A stretch of DNA of 54,956 nucleotides, the filler included, from Ionaspis alba (lineage: Eukaryota), in NCBI GenBank assembly GCA_964255285.1. It is 3 parts of 3 records of this genome, joined end to end, with 100 filler letters (N's around TTAATTAATTAA, not from the genome) between each part and the next. Parts side by side here need not be neighbours in the genome. Positions count along the whole stretch, not along the records: positions 36,817 to 54,956 come from CAXUUL010000294.1; 2 more parts are not named here. The stretch is one strand, 5' to 3'. A model generated the notes under the pieces. That model had not been told where the DNA came from. It was given only the letters and a program-made list of their open reading frames with translations, and did no database searches. Within the stretch, counting starts at the first letter, position 1. The number at the start of each line of letters is the position of its first letter. Position numbers and translations under genes: made by a program. Positions 50,328 to 54,956 of the stretch are shown piece by piece.

Positions 50328-52510
50328 ATGTGAGCATTTATTCCTCAGGCAGTCACTGTCTGCAAGGCGATGGGTCCTCCATGACTGATTGGAGCTACTG
50401 CGAATAGGTACACCACTTCGTTCGCCTTCTTCGAGGCAATATGGGAGGCACGTCTGGCAGCCCCCACCAACACTTTAATATCAGCACATTGACTCATCTA
50501 GGCCGGCATAACACATTGCTTCGTCAACCTCGGCTCCGACCACCCTAGCATCATTGAAGCCATGGTCAAGGGCCAGAATGAGAAGAAAGGACAGTTTCCA
50601 CGCATCATTACCTGCCCCAATGAAGTACCTACCTTCCCCAGCCCCATTATACCTCCACCATGATCGGCTGACGCAATCTTCACCACAGATGGTTGCCCTT
50701 TCAATGGCCGACGGCTACGCCCGCCTGACCTCCAAACCCCAATGCGTCATTGTTCACGTCGACGTCGGAACCCAAGGTCTCGGCGCAGCAGTCCACAATG
50801 CCTCATGTGGGCGAGCCCCCGTCCTCATATTCGCTGGGTTGTCTCCATACACAATAGAAGGCGAGTTGCGAGGTTCAAGAACGGAATACATCCATTGGAT
50901 CCAAGACGTACCAGACCAGAAGCAGATCGTGAACCAATACTGCCGATACACCGGGGAAATCAAAACCGGCCGCAATGTGAAACAGATGGTGCGGAGAGCA
51001 ATACAATTCGCGATGAGCGGACCCGCTGGGCCAGTATATCTGTACGGCGCAAGGGAGCCGATGGAGGAGGAAATAGAGCCGTACAAGCTGGACGACAGCG
51101 AATGGGATCCTATTGGACCTGGAGCATTGCCTGAGGACGCTGTTCTCCAAATCACCGAACATCTCGTTCACGCCAAAGAACCACTCGTCATCGTCGGCTA
51201 CAGCGGTCGCAACCATACCGCTGTCGCCGAACTGGTCAAACTAGCAGATACAATACCCGGCCTCCGCGTTCTTGACACCGGCGGCAGCGACATGTGCTTC
51301 CCATCCTCCCACCGAGCCTGCCTCGGCCTCCGCTACGGGAACCACGACGCCATCCGCACCGCTGACGTGATTCTCATAGCTGATTGCGACGTCCCGTGGA
51401 TCCCAACGCAATGTTCGCCAAGGAAAGGCACGAAAATCTTCCACTTCGATATCGACCCTCTCAAGCAACAGATGCCCGTTTTCTACATCCCCGCGCAGGC
51501 CCGCTGGAAAGCTGACTCCTGTACTGTCTTCCGACAATTACACGAACATATTGCCAAGCACACCAAGCAATCTCAAACAGTCGCTTCGTACTCTGATCGT
51601 GGAGATAGACTTGCAGAGGAACATGCGATGCGCGTCGCAGTCATTCGCGAGCTCGCACAACCAAATAGTGATGGCACATACAACATCTCCTATCTCACAG
51701 CCGCCGTCCGCAAAGCTGTTCCCACCGACACCATTTTCGCTGTTGAGGCTGTGACCAGTACCGCAGCCGTGGCAGACCAAATACAAGCTGAGCTACCCGG
51801 CAGCTGGCTGAATTGCGGAGGTGGTGGTTTGGGCTGGTCTGGTGGGGCGGCGCTGGGGATTAAGCTGGCGACGGAGGTGGAGGGCAAGGGGAAATTTGTG
51901 TGTCAGATCGTGGGAGATGGGACGTTTCTGTTCAGTGTGCCGGGGAGTGTTTATTGGATCTCGCAGCGGTATAAGATTCCTATACTTACTATTGTGCTGA
52001 ATAATGAAGGTAGGATTGCTTTCTCCTTAATTGACATTAGTATTTTTGTTGTTGCTGATTCTGGAATCACTGACTAGGCTGGAACGCACCACGGAGATCT
52101 TTACTTCTGGTACATCCCGATGGCTTGGGATCGAAGGTCTCTAATGAGGAGTTGAACATCTCGTTCGCACCCACTCCAGACTANNNNNNNNNNNNNNNNN
52201 NNNNNNNNNNNNNNNNNNNNNNNNNNNNNNNNNNNNNNNNNNNNNNNNNNNNNNNNNNNNNNNNNNNNNNNNNNNNNNNNNNNGATCGAAGGTCTCTAAT
52301 GAGGAGTTGAACATCTCGTTCGCACCCACTCCAGACTACGCTGGGATTGCCAAGGCAGCTTCGGGTGGCGAGATCTGGGCTGGCCAAGCAGCTACTGTTG
52401 ATGACTTGAAGACCAAGCTTGCGAAAGCGGTCGAGGCTGTGAAAAGTGGGAGGTCGGCAGTTTTGGACGCTCATCTGGATGGGTCGAGGGGCAAGTATGT
52501 TGGGAAGTGA
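50328..52510 (+). CDS. Thiamine diphosphate-dependent enzyme (acetolactate synthase / benzoylformate decarboxylase-like)
   Basis: The spliced product is MYTTSFAFFEAIWE|AGITHCFVNLGSDHPSIIEA...TCPNE|MVALSMADGYAR...VHVDVGTQ, with the ThDP motif IVGDGTFLFS...LNNEG|WNAPRRS, and ends GKYVGK*. It spans a false gap at 52184-52283. Confidence 0.92.
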
Positions 52511-53084
52511 GGGCATGTGATGCTGGAGAGGACGGGCATTGTTGCTGCATTGTCTGCCAGGTAGATGCGATTTCTAGCGCTTTTTGACGCTGCATGATAG
52601 AAGAGGCGTGCAAGTTCTCAACAATTAGGCAATTTCAATTGTATTGTGGGTTCGACCGTGAACTGTACATTTAAGGACGAGTCCTACAGGCCGATTTTAC
52701 ATTGTCACACTGCCTCTTAGAGCTACGACTGTTTAAATGTTGTGATTCATTTTTTGCCGGCCCACTACCAGCTCTCGGGCAATGCTACGGCATCAGAATA
52801 GTCTGAAGAAGACCACGATTAAGAAAGAGGCAGGGGGCCTGCTGGAGTATGACAACTGCTGGTTCAACAGGCAGTGTCAGCACTCCAGCGTGCGACTGAT
52901 GTTCACCATACATACGCATCGTGCGTGAGTCTGGTCAATGCATTCTCGCACTCGAGCTCTGAGAGATACGCATCCACCTCTGGCTTGATCACAAATTCAT
53001 ACCACCATAACCACTCTCTGCGGTTTTCTGGCCAGGGTTCTTGAATCTAAAAGGTGAAGTGTTTCATTCATACATTGACTTGGA

Positions 53085-53340
53085 TTAGTTATCGCTTTTA
53101 ACGCAAGGGTCTGTGACCTTGACACTATTCATGCGACTGCTAAGCTTGGTGCCGAGCTTGGCAATGTCCGCATCTTTCACGCCTCTCCGGATGTTAGCCG
53201 CCTTGGTAATAGTGGCAACGTCTGCGAGGGCAGCCGGCGCGAAGATCAATACCATAATGGCAAGAGGCGCGTTCTGAGGATTGTCGACGATAGAATAAAT
53301 GTCAAACGCGGTGTTACGTGATAAACTTGCCATCATGTCT
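53085..53340 (-). pseudogene. Probable orphan fragment of the C-terminal domain of a large secreted GH71/GH18-type fungal protein
   Basis: NTAFDIYSIVDNPQNAPLAIMVLIFAPAALADVATITKAANIRRGVKDADIAKLG...KVTDPC resembles, from memory, the C-terminal tail of fungal GH71/GH18-associated proteins. No upstream catalytic ORF is present. Confidence 0.55.
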
Positions 53341-54748
53341 GGCAATCATCAAGTCAAAGAATGGATCAAGATAAATAATCTTCATTCGGACGAGCGATTG
53401 ATACGCATCAGATTTGCTTTATATCCGATATAAATAATAGTATATAGTAAACAGTAACATCGTCTGCGCCACGAGCTTTTCGTTTTAATATCTTTCTATA
53501 TAAATGCCGTTGTCCCGAACGACAAGCTCGATCCCAGCAGAGTAGATGCGTGTGAACGGAATGAAAAATAAAGGTAAAAACAAGAAGCGCCGTATCGAGT
53601 AGACTGGGAGCGGTTGTAGCTAATGCATGGTTGCGGTAGCACGGTGATACAAGAATCAAGGGATGTCGAATCAAGGCACGCGGGTGACAGAAAATAGGAA
53701 TCTTTGTTGGCTGAGGCTCGCCTAATGGATTCTCAATTTTATTAACGCCCGCGTGCGAGGATAGAATTAAGCGCCGAAACTAATTAAATACGGTCTTGGC
53801 ACTATTTCAATATAAATATTATATACACCCCGAACCGAGGATTTGAGATTACCATTCTAGGTCAAGAAAGGGAGCAGCGCCGTTTAGAGGGAGCACAGGA
53901 AAATATTATAGAGCAGTGCAGGGACGCAGCAGGTGGGAGCCCGAAATGGTTTCCTACGTCTCGGCTTGAGATGCCCTTGTTATTTGTTATTTATCCGCTG
54001 CCTAGACTTCACTACTTCCTTAGACAAGCGAGATTGACAGCCCAGTAGTAGGAGCTCTCTTTCAGCGTAATTCATAAGACTACGTCTTACCGAGCTGCAG
54101 AATTAGCACCTCACCTACGTCTCAAGCAATCCGAGTCAAAATATCAGTCGCGATGTTCTTTCGACGGACGATATCGTCTTACCACGAACTGAAGTTTCGT
54201 CCCACCTCACACGTCCAAACGTTTCCGCTTCCGCATCTTGTCCGCGACTTGTCCTGGTTTCGAGACCGAATCTTTGTCGACAATCGCGACACGGTCTCCA
54301 CAAATACATTCCCTCCTTCCTCGCCAAGCCTATGGAATTATCTGCCGATTGCCTTCTGCGGTCAAACCCTGTCACTTGATGGCATTCTCTGAACCAGCTG
54401 CTTGCCAAGATGTCGACGAGCATGATCAGCCCTCAGTACAGCGGTATTGAATATCTGAAGGGCGCGGAAGGAAGGCCGGCATAAAAGAAGTGTAGACGGC
54501 CAGTCCCTGGTCAGAGAAGGATTTGTGTAACCACGTTTGACGATGAACAGGTTATATAGAAGCGGAGAGCTTGGCGTACCCATGACAAAGGATATAAAGG
54601 ATTTAAGTGGGTTCTGCGGATCTTGCGGGGTGTGAGTGCAGCAACGATCGTTCATTTTAGTTTCCTGGAGATACAGCAATGCTGAAGCTGCAAGCTAGTG
54701 CACGATCAGTCGTAAAGCTCGCGAGGCTTCAATCCCGTCGGCATAAGC

Positions 54749-54955
54749 TCAACTCTCGATGTCGCCCGTTTTACAACGGACCTCCGAAAGGAGCTTTTCA
54801 CACTCTCCAATCTGTCTCAATGATGCAGGACTGGTCTGTTGAGCTCGCCATACCAGCAAAGCCTTGTCTGCAGCGTCTTCTGCGTCCTTCCACCGCTGCG
54901 TAGCGTTGCAATCTCTGGCGATTGCCATGGCCAGATGAGCGAGGACGACCTGATG
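54749..54955 (-). CDS. 3' end of a helical, TPR-like protein entering from outside the window
   Basis: An open frame from the window edge reads HQVVLAHLAMAIARDCNATQRWKDAEDAADKALLVWRAQQTSPASLRQIGECEKLLSEVRCKTGDIES*. The W.DAE.A..KAL spacing is TPR-like. Confidence 0.5.
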   Translation of the reverse strand, partial: HQVVLAHLAMAIARDCNATQRWKDAEDAADKALLVWRAQQTSPASLRQIGECEKLLSEVRCKTGDIES

Positions 54956-54956
54956 C

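Noticed and set aside
50330..50407. TPP riboswitch in the first intron of the ThDP enzyme gene
   Set aside because: It lacks the conserved UGAGA pyrimidine-sensing and CUGAU...GCG.A cores. Known fungal TPP riboswitches are in thiamine synthesis and transport genes.
52640..52670. ggttcga T-loop-like motif suggesting a tRNA
   Set aside because: No T-stem pairing or cloverleaf can be formed around it.

Overview
Gene-dense, intron-containing DNA from a filamentous ascomycete (Pezizomycotina-type genes, short GT-AG introns with CTRAY branch sites), taken from a gapped draft scaffold. It is mostly housekeeping genes: a RING-H2 membrane protein (partial), cyclophilin H, an APH/Aim9-like phosphotransferase, glutamine-dependent NAD+ synthetase, a ZIP transporter, clathrin heavy chain, a PMU1-like histidine phosphatase, pyruvate carboxylase, a con-8-like small protein, RPL11 and SmB (divergent), the known head-to-head class V/class VII myosin-motor chitin synthase pair, and a ThDP-dependent enzyme. 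Accessory material is an intact NACHT-ankyrin NLR with a recent 117-bp internal duplication, and an AT-rich right end holding an apparent orphan C-terminal fragment of a GH71/GH18-type protein plus the end of a TPR-like gene. I reconstructed by hand a spliced 118-aa gene that the ORF track misses. I found no clearly new multi-gene system. The best leads are that microprotein, the right-end relic zone, the NLR repeat expansion and an eroded conserved motif in NAD synthetase. Exon boundaries were read by eye, and family calls come from recognised motifs, not database searches.
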